From assembly GCF_001194135.2 (NCBI RefSeq), contig NC_068989.1, positions 90,552,808-90,616,807 on the forward strand: a stretch of 64,000 nt of DNA, in the 5' to 3' direction. Position numbers and translations under genes: made by a program. The notes beneath the pieces were generated by a model. It made no database searches and had not been told where the DNA came from. It worked only from the letters and a program-made list of their open reading frames with translations. Each line of letters starts with the position of its first letter. The first letter of the stretch is position 1. Positions 28,492-41,846 of the stretch are shown in pieces. The DNA comes from Octopus bimaculoides. Its lineage: Eukaryota.

Positions 28492-29026
28492 CAAATTTTT
28501 TTTTTCTCCACGAGATTTCCGGGCCCCAGTAATGAACTCATTTGCATACAGCCAATCAGAGTTCACCTTGACCTTGTTGTTAAGTTAACAAAGGTTGGCA
28601 TTTAAGAACAGTGTTGTAAGCCGACCAATCGCCAAGTTATGCCTGATTTTAGGAGACAAGGAATTAGATAGATTTGCATCTATACCTATTGTCGGATTTT
28701 GTTAGTGTCCCATATGGTAAAAATGTGGATGGGAAAAATGTGGGTAGAGGGGAATGTGCTAGCAACCCTCTCCACTTACTTTTTTTACAAAGTAAACAAC
28801 AACACAAATAACTATACAAAGGCAGCCATGGTTGAAACAAGAACAAGAACAACAAGCATTATTAAAACAGAAAAGAAGAATGGTCACTCCTAACCCAAGT
28901 GACCTTATCTTATCACCCATCGCTTGTTATACACTGATAAATTAGTTTGATAGTTGAGCTCTAATTGGCTGTATGCAAATGAGTTCATAGCTGGGGTCCG
29001 GAACTCTTGTGGGAAAAAAATTTTTT
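28492..29026. mobile_element. Putative MITE/foldback element with ~70-bp inverted arms
   Basis: 28492-28565 and 28955-29026 are reverse complements sharing CCGG.CCCCAG..ATGAACTCATTTGCATACAGCCAAT.AGAG.TCA. Confidence 0.65.
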
Positions 29027-29759
29027 ACAAGCTTATCACACACTGAGGAGCAATGGTTATAGAGGTGGGTTGGGAGATCTAAATTTTGTAATTTATCACT
29101 GACAAAGGGAGGTAATAGATATGTGTGTATGAGAGCATTCACGCATACACTCATGCATCCATGCACACCACACAGATAGAAAGATTGCACATAATACATA
29201 CACACACTCATGCGAGAGAACCTCTTCTTGGGAGCACGGCCTGCTAGAAATAGCAGCCAAATCACCATCACTTCATACCCATCTCTTTTAGAAAATGAAA
29301 AATTGAATAATGCTATCCCAGATTCCTTGGATATAAGGGCAAAAATACGGTAGTAGTCACAGCTGGAGTGCTTGTGGCCATAAGTCTAAATAAGAGTAGC
29401 CTGGGACTAATGAGCATTGTAATACTCACATGTTATCACACTACAAAATATCATACACTTAGACATTATAGCCTACAAGAAAGAATGAGATTAAGCTAAT
29501 GCTAATTTCAACTCATATATGTGTGTGTGTGTATTTATCACGTGAACTACGATCAAAAGAATAGGAGAAAGATACAGTATATAATTTTTTTTGTGCAGGG
29601 GTTCCTTGAGACATGTAATTTATTTTAAGGGTTACGCAAGGGTAAAAAGGTTGAGAAACACTGGCCTACACAAATCCAGTTTTGAAACTGGCTTGCATGG
29701 AGCAAGGGAAATAACTTTGCAGTATGTCAGGTGAGCTAGTCAAGTGGAATATTTATAAC

Positions 29760-30602
29760 GATAATAATGAAATTACTGTGTATAGTGCTCAGGTGCACTA
29801 CAACTCATCAAAGATGCACGTACAGTACATAGAATCATGTACAAAAGTCAGGAAAGGGAACAGTGTATGAGTCATGATATACAGGTGTGCATGCGTATGG
29901 AGGGGGTCAGATATCTGGTGTAGTGTTGGTGAATTTCAGGTAGCATTGAGGTTTTAAAGGATGCAATGTCTCAGCAACTAACAACTGATGCAGGTAGTTT
30001 GTTCCATGCTTCAGTAACTCTGAGTGTGAAAAAAAATGTTTCTAAAATTAAGGGAACTGTGCTGTTTCCTGACTTTGTAGCCATGCCTACATGTGTTAGA
30101 CACATGGAGCTCAAAAAGGTGCTCAAAGTGGTTGTTGATGCAATGGTTAATAATTTTGTGGGTGTTTACCAAGTACCAAGTCAGTTGCCAGACGTCGGAG
30201 CTTCAATGTAGCTATGCCCTGGGAAGTAAGGTGTTGAGAGTATGGTAGATGCCTGATGGAGGGGATTTGCTTGGTTGCACCTCTCTGAACAGTTTCCAGG
30301 AGGTCAATGTCCTGAGCACGATAGGGGTTCCAGATGCAAATTTCAAGTGTGGCCATACCATAGCCAATATACAGCCTTAAATGGATAGCTGGAGAATGGC
30401 TGGCAAAGGTTTTGCTGAGTGATGCCAAGACACCCTCGGCTTTCTTGACAATTTTAGAGATGTGCTTTGTCCAGCACAAATCATTGCTGACAGTAATGCC
30501 CAGGTCACGTTCACAAGAGAAAATCTTGATATTAGTGTTGCGGAGAGAGTATGTGGACGCTGTGTTTTTCCTCCCTAAATGCATGGTGGTACACTTGTCC
30601 AC
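29760..30602 (-). mobile_element. CR1-clade LINE, 5'-truncated 3' portion (RT C-terminus and 3' UTR)
   Basis: KCTTMHLGRKN...ERDLGITVSNDLCWTKHI...WNPY..QDIDLLETVQRGATK...RRLATDL, continuing after a frameshift to TRGHGYK...FFTLRVTEAWNKLP; all hallmark CR1 motifs. Confidence 0.9.
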
Positions 30603-30703
30603 ATACACACATGTGTGCATGTGAGCGTGTATATCATTGTCAACTAAATCTGTTTCCTGTGCTGACATGGGTAGGACCATGATATATAGTGCATATATAT
30701 ATA

Positions 30704-30742
<39 letters not shown>

Positions 30743-31089
30743 CTGCCTTTCAAGGTTGATAAATGAAGCACCACTCCAGCATGGTAGATCTAGTTGTATG
30801 TTTAGGGTTTTGGGCAGGTTGCTCGGCATTTTAATGGTGATGACATTGGTGCTAAGTGTTTCCCTTGGGTAATGTCAGTGATATGGAGAAGCAGGGAAGC
30901 TAGCATGCATGGCTAATGATTGGTTTTCGAGAACAAAAAAAAAAGGGGGGCAAGTAGCTCCTTCTTTTCTTGAAACACTTGGAGGTCCTATGGAACCCCT
31001 GCCAACTCCTAAGATACCGTCATCTCCACTGTTACTGCCATGGGCACCCACACTAACCACTGCAACCATTCCTTCTATTTTGCGCTGGT

Positions 31090-31196
31090 AATTAATTTAG
31101 CACCACCGTCACCACCACTATTACTACTTCTGCCACATCTATAACAACACCATTAGAAATACTGCTGCCACCACCACCGCCACTACTTTCACAGCA

Positions 31197-31234
<38 letters not shown>

Positions 31235-31440
31235 ACTACTACTACTACTACTGTTGCTACTACTGTAAGGACAAACATCAGTGTTTATTACCACTAGCAC
31301 CACCACCAGCACTACTTTCACAGCATTACTACTGCTACTACTACTACGACTACTGCTGCTGCTGCTACTACTACTACTGCTGCTACTACTGTAATGACAA
31401 GCATGAGTGTTTATTACCACCAACACCACCACCTCTGTCA
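31090..31440 (+). repeat. CAC/TAC/TGC triplet region with a ~130-bp tandem duplication
   Basis: CCACTACTTTCACAGCA.TACTACT...GCTACTACTGTAA.GACAA.CAT.AGTGTTTATTACCAC occurs twice. Confidence 0.75.
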
Positions 31441-32677
31441 AAACAACTGCAGCAATTTCAACATCAACATGATGATGCTGAGACTGATGATGATCGTTAT
31501 CATCACTGTACACAGCCGAATGAAGAGTTGAGGCCTTGGGCAATGAACAGAAATCCACTTTAATCTGCTACATTAAGTGGTACACACACACACACACACA
31601 CACACATGCACACTGTGTATACATGTAGGTTAATCTCTTGTGAAACCCACTTACAGCTGTTTAGTTGTGCATCAACTTGTATTAAGCGGATCAGGGATGA
31701 AGTCCTCCTCATCCCACCTGGATAGGATGGTAGTCTGTAGCAAGTGATTTCCCATCTCTTCATGATTTCTCCTCACACAACAAGGTAATGTGAAGTTAAA
31801 CATGTAGAGTTCAGGGTTTTGCTCCCATGACAGATACACCATGGAAGGTCGACTTTGCCTTTTATCCTTTCGGGGTTGATAAAATAAGTACCAGTTGCAG
31901 ACTAGGGACCAATGTAATCGACCCATCCCCACCTCCCCCCAAGCTGCCCTTGTGGCAAAATTTGAAACCATTCTTCTTCTTCTTCTTCTTCTTCTTCTCC
32001 TTCTCCTTCGTCTCCTCCCCCTCCTCCTCCCCGCCTCCTCCTCCTCCTCCTCCTCCTTCTTCTTCTTCTAACTGAATTGGATACCTTATAATCCTTTCTA
32101 ATATAGGCACAAAGACTGAAATTTTGAGAGTAGGGGTTAGTTGGTTACAGCAACCCCAGTGCTCGATTGATACTTAATTCATTGACCCCCACTGAAAAGG
32201 CAATAGGCAAAGCTGACCACGGCAGAATTTGAACTCAGAACGTAAAGACAGACAAAATGCCACAAAGCATTCTGTAGGCATTACGTCCTGCGTGCTAACG
32301 ATTCTGCCAGGTTGCCACCTTTAGATCCAAATCTGATGGTTCACAGAGAACAGACATGATCAGGTGAAAACAACAAAGACCCTCCCCACCACCACCACCA
32401 CTGCTACAATCACAGTAAACACTTTGCTAAAATAACAACAACAACAAAGCATGTTACATAAACAATTAAATCAAGATTTTATAATAAACGAGCTTGTACT
32501 CAAAAGTCAATTTTTACCCTGGCTGGGTGTTACGAAGAGGAGGGTGTGGGTAGAAGGATCGGTGGGTGTGTGTGTATGTGTAATAATCTCCCTCTTTCTA
32601 ACATTACTATCTACTCCTGCCANNNNNNNNNNAATAATCTCCCTCTTTCTAACATTACTATCTACTCCTGCCATATC

Positions 32678-32713
<36 letters not shown>

Positions 32714-33006
32714 CTCTTAGTAATCCCTCTCCCCGCCCCTCTTGACTTTCTTAGCTCTGTGACAACATGGTGTTTTTTTTTATTCTATGTTTATAATACT
32801 TTGGAAGTTAATCGCATTGCACCAGGTTTGGGAGGTTATGGAGAGGGGAGAGCAGATAATCTTGTGTGTGTGTGTATATATGTTTGTGTGTGTATGTATC
32901 TATATATGTGTATATATATGTATGTGTGTATATATGCATGTGTGTCTCTCTCTCTCTCTACACACACATATATATATATCTATGTATATATATATATATG
33001 TGTGTG

Positions 33007-33061
<55 letters not shown>

Positions 33062-33460
33062 TTAATCTTTTACCTGTTTCAGTTATTGGGTTGTGGTCAT
33101 GCTGGGGCACTGCCTTGAAAAGTTTAATCAAACAAATCAACCCTAGCACTTATTTCTAATGTCTAGTACTTATCCTAGCAATCTCTTTTGCCAAACTGCT
33201 AGGTTATGGTGATGTACATAAACCCACAATTGTTGCCATGCTCACACACACATACACACACGCATTGGGCCTCCCCATATTTTCTCTCTATCAAATCCAT
33301 TGACAAGTCTTTTGTCAGCTGAGGATTGTAGTAGAAGAAACTTGCCCAGGCTGCCATTGAGTGGGACTGAACCTGGAACCATGTGGTTGTCAAGTAAGCT
33401 TCTCAACCACCCAGCCACACACATAAAAACAAGAAACGACCGTCGAAATGGCTTGGGCAG

Positions 33461-33624
33461 TACATGAAAGTCAGTTTGATTTGTGGTACCCTACGTGAAA
33501 GTCAGTTTGATTTGTGGTACCCTACATGAAATCAGTTTGATTTATGGTACCCTACATGAAAATCAGTTTGATTTGTGGTACCCTACATGAAAGTCAACTT
33601 GATTTGTGGTACCCTATTTGAAGC
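33461..33624 (+). repeat. 31-bp minisatellite running into an assembly gap
   Basis: Five copies plus a partial copy of TACATGAAAGTCAGTTTGATTTGTGGTACCC, with no spacers. Confidence 0.9.
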
Positions 33625-34079
33625 NNNNNNNNNNNNNNNNNNNNNNNNNNNNNNNNNNNNNNNNNNNNNNNNNNNNNNNNNNNNNNNNNNNNNNNNNNNN
33701 NNNNNNNNNNNNNNNNNNNNNNNNNNNNNNNNNNNNNNNNNNNNNNNNNNNNNNNNNNNNNNNNNNNNNNNNNNNNNNNNNNNNNNNNNNNNNNNNNNNN
33801 NNNNNNNNNNNNNNNNNNNNNNNNNNNNNNNNNNNNNNNNNNNNNNNNNNNNNNNNNNNNNNNNNNNNNNNNNNNNNNNNNNNNNNNNNNNNNNNNNNNN
33901 NNNNNNNNNNNNNNNNNNNNNNNNNNNNNNNNNNNNNNNNNNNNNNNNNNNNNNNNNNNNNNNNNNNNNNNNNNNNNNNNNNNNNNNNNNNNNNNNNNNN
34001 NNNNNNNNNNNNNNNNNNNNNNNNNNNNNNNNNNNNNNNNNNNNNNNNNNNNNNNNNNNNNNNNNNNNNNNNNNNNNNN
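33625..34079. other. Assembly gap; others at 6158-6183, 7886-7895, 25024-25079, 32623-32632, 50754-51427, 52246-52970, 60072-60262, 61962-62543
   Basis: Runs of N, mostly bordered by repeats; they could hide further exons. Confidence 0.98.
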
Positions 34080-34083
34080 TATG

Positions 34084-34141
<58 letters not shown>

Positions 34142-34481
34142 TGTGTGTTATGAGGGGAGTGCACATATACCTGTGTTTTGGCATGACATGTGCTTGTGTG
34201 CAATAAACTTCCATCTAATAGATTTGTATTATTAAAATGATCATCTATAGCTTTTGTATATGTGTGTGCATAATTATATAAACGCATACATTTATGTAAG
34301 TAGTTCGTCTTCACAAGTGCGTACACACTGACATTTTATGTGTGTGTGTGTGTGTGTGTGTGTGCTGGCATGCACTCACACACACAGTCCTAACCTGTTC
34401 ATTTGTATGCTCAACAATGAAAGAAAAAAAAAAAGAAACTTGTCCAACATATACCATTCTCCTTATGTATGTATTAAACAG

Positions 34482-34601
34482 ATTCTGGATGAACTGCGCA
34501 AGGACCTTACCGAGGACCAGCAGCACAAACTGGAGCTGGTCATCTCACAGATTGTCAAACAACATAAAGCGCATCTCGACCAACTCACCTCACACTACAA
34601 G
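34482..34601 (+). CDS. Internal coding exon B of the same coiled-coil gene
   Basis: Acceptor ttaaacag|, 120 nt (ILDELRKDLTEDQQHKLELVISQIVKQHKAHLDQLTSHYK), donor AAG|gtaagt. Phase 0/0; GC-richer codon-like island inside microsatellite DNA. Confidence 0.88.
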
Positions 34602-34611
34602 GTAAGTGCCA

Positions 34612-34642
<31 letters not shown>

Positions 34643-34908
34643 AATTCTCAATTTTTGTTTGCTTATTCACACACACACACACACATTCACTGATTTAAAT
34701 CTTAATTATAACTGGCTTAACTTACATCTACAATCTCTCACTCATTTACATAAACATATACACATATACACATTGTAGCTGTCTGACTCCCTCTCTCTCT
34801 CTCTCTCTCTCTTACACACACAAGGTACACTCATACACATCTATTTCATCAGCTTTATTTTACACACACACACACACACAATTGCATGGATTATAAATAT
34901 ATAAACAA

Positions 34909-34948
<40 letters not shown>

Positions 34949-35151
34949 CACACACACACACACACACACAGTTTCCATCTCGCACACATATGTACACACT
35001 CAAAACCTATACACACATATACACTTATATATGGGAACACAGTTACATATTTTTCATAACCATCTCTCTCTCACACACACAAACAGCACACACACGCACA
35101 CACACGCACACACACACACACACTTATTTACTTCAATGTTTCTCACACCCA

Positions 35152-35185
<34 letters not shown>

Positions 35186-35628
35186 ATTTCCTTACTATGA
35201 CATGTGCACACTTCCATATATACATATATCTATCTCCCTCATAAGCCTCACACACTCTGCTCTTCCCGTACCTCGTTGTCCTCCTCCTCCTGTACCTTCA
35301 GCTCCAGTAAAAAAACACCACATGTTGAGTCCTCCATAATAACATTGATGTTGATAAACTATGTTTATTGTGATGCTGTTCTGCCAGCAATGGACCACCT
35401 TAGCAGTGTCACCATCATCATCATCACCATCATCGGTGCCACCAACAAAGAATGATAGCCATCTTAGCTTTCACAAAAGTCTATTGGTATATGAAAATGG
35501 TCAGTCTGTCACTCACATTCTTGCACTCTCTCTTTCTCTCTCTCTTTGTGCTTCTCTCTGTCTGTCTATCTGTTACTCTCTCTCTCTCTAGTTCTCTGTG
35601 CCTTTCTCTCTGTCCATCTGTCTCTCTC

Positions 35629-35665
<37 letters not shown>

Positions 35666-35782
35666 GCTTCTTTCTGTCTGTCTATCTGTTACTCTCTCTT
35701 TCTCTCTCTCTCAGTGCTTCTTTCTGTCTGTCTATCTGTTACTCTCTCTCTTTTTTTCTGTCTGTCTGTCTTTCCTCTTCGC

Positions 35783-35823
<41 letters not shown>

Positions 35824-37924
35824 TGTTGTTGTTGCTGTTATTGTTGTACAGTGTCTGTTGTATCTTCTTGTTATTATGTTGTTGTTGTACATCGATGTTG
35901 TTCTCCCAGCTGCTGCTGCTGATGTTCTGATTTAGCCCCAGGTCAACCTTGTTCAAGCAAAGCTGTGATCAAAGACATCCCGACCATGACCAACCTATTT
36001 TTCCCCTATGTGCAGGAAGGCTGGATTACATTAGCCTCTCTGTTCTTTTTCTAAGATGGTAGGGTGTGAGTGGAGGCTGATTTGGCTGCTATTTCAAGCA
36101 GAATCAGTGACCTTGAAGAGCTTCTCACATTAGTTTGTGTCGTTGTTGTATGTTGGTGATTTTATTTGTTGTTGTTGCTCATCTTTATCAGTCCTGATCT
36201 CCTCCAATACAGTTTCAATCCGAAGCATTCCAGTTGTGCCCACCCAGTCTGTATATCACACATAGTGCATCTTGGACTACTCCACCAAATTTGTTATTTT
36301 AAAGATTAAAAAACAAAACGAAAAAAGAATTATTCAGGTCACTACCTGGAATTGAACTTGGAATCTTGGGGTTAGTCGCCCGCACTCTTAACCACTACGC
36401 CATATGCCCGTAAAACAAGTCTTGATAAATAGACAACAGAAGGGAATGATTTGAGGAAGATTTGTTTGTTGCCTCTAGCAGATCAAGTAATCACTCTGAA
36501 ACTCCTTTGTTCATTCATGATGTGTTGTTGTTGTTGCTGCTGATGATGATGATGTTGTGCTCCATGTTTGTGTATTTATTTATATTCTGCATCACTCTGT
36601 CAAACTACTTATCTTCATCATCATCATCGTTCAACGTCCGCTTTCCATGCTGGCATGGGTTGGACGGTTTGACTGCAGACTGGCAAGCCAGGAGGCCGCA
36701 CCCAGGCTCCAATCTGATCTGGCAAAGTTTCTACAGCTGGACGCCCTTCCTATCGCCAACCACTCCGAGAGTGTAGTGGGTGCTTTTTAAATGCCACCAG
36801 CATGGGAGCCTGTCAGGCGGCACGAGCCTGTCAGGTGGCACTGGCAATGACCATGCTCATCTATTTTAAATCATAATGCATTGACCATTTTTGTTTGATT
36901 AACTGTATTTTAGTTTTGATTCCATGGGATTGAGCCCTGTCTATGTACGTGTGTGTGGAGGGGTGTAGGCAGGGTTAAGGGGTTTAAGAAGTTTTCTTTA
37001 TGTGAATCGAGTCCTTAGTTCAGTCTCACTTCACTGTGTAGCATCTCGGGCCTGTATCTTGGGAATGAATTTGGAATGGGAGCAAAATGTGTTGGAAATC
37101 CCTCAGATGGACTGTACCTATACTGAAAGGGTCAGTTGGCCCCTTTTTATACATACACACACTCACACTCACTATGTCACATTGGTTCTACCTGAAAACT
37201 TCTTCAAACAGCCAACTACACCCTGTGATATGCTGATTCTTAATGGTACATGTGTCTGTGGTATATTCAACCAGTTCTACTATAATTCAATGATCAGGTT
37301 GTTCAATTGATTGAACAGCTGGGAAACACATTGTTGAAACCAGATGAACCATTCACATAGATTGTGTACGTGTCAGAAGCGTTCATTTATTATTCAGGTG
37401 GTCAGTTGTTGAATTGGTTGTATTTGCAGATACAATATATATATATTGGGTCTATTGAGATCAGGTGTGTAGCCTCAGTTCAGGTGGGTAGAGCTGCCTT
37501 TCATCTTCTTGGTTTGATAAATCTGAGTACCAGTGAAGTACTGCACCTGGCTTAATCAACTACACCTTCACCTTAAATTTAGGGCTTTGTACCCAGATCA
37601 TCGTCATCATTTTAACATCCACTTTTCTGTGCTTGCATGGGTTAGATGAAGTTTATTGAAGCATTCTTGTTCTCTATGGCTAGATGCCCTTCCTGTCACC
37701 AATCCCCACCTGTTTCTAAGCAAGGCAATATTTCTTCATAACCAGATATGTCTTTTAGCAGAATATTAGAAATGAATGGCACTGTTTTTGTGATGGTGGC
37801 ACTCATTTACAACTCTGAGGTAGCTGAGTATTATGGCTGGTTGCTGAGTTGCACTTTTGCAGTTCAAGCTCAATTTTTGATTGATGATTGAGCCATGTTA
37901 CCACAGATCAGTCTGTGATAAACA

Positions 37925-38165
37925 TAACAGTGCTGGTGGCATGTAAAAAGCACCATTTGAGCATGGTTGATGCCAGTATTGCTTGACTGGCTCCCATGCT
38001 GGTGGCATGTAAAAAGCACCGTCCAAGCATGGTTGATGCCAGTACTTCCTTACTGTTCCTCGTGCTGGTGGCACACAAAAAGCACCATTCAAGCGAGGTC
38101 GATGCTAGTACTGCCTTACTAGCCCTCATGCCGGTGGCACATATAAAGCACCCACAACACTCCAA
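37925..38165 (+). repeat. Tandem ~61-bp units of the RTE 3' UTR; similar arrays at 1800-1985, 26495-26660, 53845-53950
   Basis: Three to four head-to-tail copies of GGTGGCATGTAAAAAGCACCATT.GAGC.TGGT.GATGCCAGT. Confidence 0.8.
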
Positions 38166-39023
38166 AAATACCAGTTTTCAGTGATGCAATGCAACAGTAT
38201 TGAAGAATAACTCTGACCGTAATAATCTAAGACTAATGGAAATATATAATATTTGCACGACACACCTGTGTAGTGAAGATACTTACTTCCCTGCTACTTG
38301 GTTCCAGGTTCAGTTTCATTGCATGGTACCTTGAACAAGTTTCTTTTACTTTAGCCTCAGGCCAACCAAAGCTCTGTGAGTGAATTTGATCGATGGAATC
38401 TCTATTGTCATCACATCCTGAAAATCCAACAAAGTGTTTAACCAAAATATGCACAAATGAACACACATATCCATATACACCCAAACATTGGCTTAATGGT
38501 TTAGGCACCTGCCCCTCCAAAAACAAAAACCCCTACACACATACCACCCCTCTCCTGCATATACTTTCACCCATCAGACTCTTGGATTACAACCAAGGGA
38601 CCACTCAATAGACCCTTTTTCATTTGTGTCCCACAACTTCATTTTGTCATTTTGCACAATGCCCAAAAGCTGGATATGACATTTTTTTTACCATATCTAC
38701 CATCCCTGAAGAGCACATGGTACTTATTTAATTGACCCCGAAAGGATGAAAGGCAAAGTCAACCTCGGTGGAATTTGAACTCAGAACGTAGCGGCAGACA
38801 AAATGCCGCTAAGCATTTCGCCACCTTTTATTTGTTTCAGTCATTTGACTGCGGCCATGCTGGAGCACTGCCTTTAGTCGAGCAAATCAACCTGAGGACT
38901 TATTCTTTGTAAGCCTAGTATTTATTCTATTAGTCTCTTTTGCTGGCCTGCTAAGTTACGGGGACGTAAACACACCAGCATCGGTTGTCAAGTGATAGTG
39001 GTGGGGAAAACACAGATACATAA

Positions 39024-39069
<46 letters not shown>

Positions 39070-39955
39070 ATATGACAGGCTTCTTTCAGTTTCTGTCTAC
39101 CAAATCCACTCACAAGGCTTTTGTAAGCAAGCTACTTACCCACACAGCCACCTGTACCTTCTGGTGGTAGCCTCAGCATGGGTGAGCTATGGGGACTTGG
39201 TCGAAGCACAATAGCGTCTATAAATTTATCATTGGTGGTTCTTTTACTTGTTTCAGTTGTTAGACTGTGGCCATGCTGGGGCAGCACCTTGAAGTATTTT
39301 GGTTGAATGAATCCACCCTGTCTTTTAATACAGTTACTTATTCTATCAGTCTTTTTTTTGCCAAACCACTAAGTTATAAGGGCATACACAAACCAACACC
39401 AGTTGCCAAGCAGTGGTGGGGAGAAACATATACACAGTGTCACACACACGCACACACACAATCATATTCATCATCATCACCACCACCACTATCATCGTCA
39501 ACATCATTTAACACCTGTTTTCCATGCTGGCATGGGTTGGAAAGTTTGACAGGAGCTAGCAAGCCAGAGAGCTGCATGATGTTGAATGTCTACAGGCTTC
39601 TTTCACTTTCCATCTACCAGATCTACTCACAAGGCTTTGGTTAGCCTTGCCCAAGGTACCACCACATGCTGAGACTGAACCCAGAACCATGTGGTTGGGA
39701 AGCAAACTTCTTTCCCAAAAAGCCATGCCTGCACCTGGTGATGTAACTCTTGATTGTTGTTTGTTTGTTTTTGATTGTATTGTGGCATTGGCCCAGGTGT
39801 GGCCATGGGGTAAGGAGCTTGCTTCCCTACCCCATGGTTCTAGGTTCAGTCCCACTGCGTGGCACCTTTGGGAAATGTCTTTCACTATAGCCTTGGACTC
39901 AGCAAAGTCTTGTGAGTGGATTGGATGTAGTAGACGGAAACTGAAAGAAGCTTGT

Positions 39956-40031
<76 letters not shown>

Positions 40032-40325
40032 GACTGGCTCCTGTGCTGGTGGCATGTAAAAAGTACTCACTACACTCTTGTAAAGTGGTTGGCATTAGGA
40101 AGGGCATCCACCTATAGAAACATTGCTAGATCAGATGGGAGCCTGGTGCAGCCACTGGCTCTCCAGACCTCAGTCAACTCATGCCAGCATGGAAAACGGA
40201 CATTAAATGATGATATATAAATATATGTTATTTTGAGGAGATAAATGCCTCTTAAAAGGGATGTTAACATCCAAGTTTCTTATATACTGTGTGAATATAT
40301 ATATATATATATGTGTGTGTGTATA

Positions 40326-40650
40326 GACCGAGACCTCTGGAGATATGGTGGGATTGAGAAGACCCGGCAAGTAAAGTGAGATCACAGCCATAGCCTATAC
40401 CAGTGTCACATAACCAGTCCATTTAAAAAGTACCTTTGAATCGTCGGGCGACATTCTGTCCTTGAGGAAACCCATTGGGTCAAGTAAAATTAAAAATCAA
40501 ATCACAATCAAATGGATATTGTAGTTGACTGGCTGTCATGCTGGTGGCACACAATAAGCACCATTCATGCGTGGGTCGTTGCCAGTGCTGCCTGACTGGT
40601 TCCCTATGCCGGTGGCATGTAAAAAGTATCATCTGAACTTGCTTAAATGA
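40326..40650 (+). mobile_element. RTE ORF stop region plus 3' UTR
   Basis: DRDLWRYGGIEKTRQVK* (TGA at 40377-40379), then UTR and GGTGGCA..TAA..AGCACCATTC units ending in (GAT)n. Confidence 0.75.
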
Positions 40651-41539
40651 TGATGATGATGTTTGTGTGTGACTCTTTATGTCTGTGTTTGTCCCACCCC
40701 TCCTCCTGCTTCATAATTGGTGTTGGCTTATGTCCCTGTAACCTAACAGTTCAGCAGAAAAAACTGATAAAATAAGTACCAGGTTTAATGAAAAAAAATG
40801 CTATAGGGGCCGGCAGTGCCCCAGCATGGCCACAGTCTAATGATTGAAACAAGTAAAAAATAAAAACGATCAGGTCAATGACTGATGAATTTGGTGAGGG
40901 TGAACTGTGTCCATTTCATGTCCTGGTTGTCCAGTAGTTTGATGGTGGTGGTGGTGGTGGTGGTTGTGGTGTTGCGTCGTCCGTGGTATTGGAGGGTGGA
41001 TCAGAATGTAGAGGGAGATAACTCCATACCATTCCTGTCTCTGCTATTGGTAACAATGGGATTTGAACCACTGACACGCATTCAGTTGTGACTGTGAATA
41101 CTACTACTACTACTACTCCTTTTTACTAAAGGCACAAGGCCTGAAAGTTTGGTAGGGGAGGGGACTAGTTAATTACATCGACCCCAGTGTTTCACTGGTA
41201 CTTAATTTATTGACCCCGAAAAGATAAAAGACAAAGTTAACCTCGGCAGGATCCGAGCCCGGAACATAGTGATGGGTGAAATACCTCTAAGCATTTCGTC
41301 CAGTGCTGTGCTAACGTGTTTGCCAGCTTGTTACCTTAATTACTGGGTGTAATAATTAACAATAATAATTTCCAATTTTAGCAACAGAGGCCCATCAGTT
41401 TTTGAAGGGAGTGGAAGTTGATTACATTGACCCCAGTACTTTACTGGTACTTATTTGACCCCCGAAAAGATGAAAGACAAAAATCGACCCCTGTAGCATT
41501 TGAACTCAGAACGGTTCTGCCACCTCAACAACTTAGTGA

Positions 41540-41572
<33 letters not shown>

Positions 41573-41812
41573 CGGTAAAGTAGATTTGATAATCTCTTCC
41601 CGCCTCCCCCACCTCACTGTCTCACTGCAGCATCACCTCTCACTACCCCTCTATTCACACGTCTCCCTTCACTACTCTGTCACATCCTATCCATCTGCGT
41701 GTTTGTCAGCGTTGTTGGTTATTTTTGGGCAGCCTCGTCTGCAGTTTGGGATGGTAATTACAGGTTGGAGAGAGATCCGACGTTGATCCTGCATGTCATC
41801 TTAACAGGATTA

Positions 41813-41846
<34 letters not shown>

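Noticed and set aside
31139-31558. Poly-Ser ORF on the minus strand
   Set aside because: Triplet-repeat translation with no splice signals.
32583-32673. ~41-bp direct duplication
   Set aside because: The copies flank a 10-N gap; typical unmerged contig overlap, i.e. an assembly artefact.
33461-33624. 31-bp repeats as a CRISPR array
   Set aside because: Units are contiguous with no unique spacers, and the context is eukaryotic.
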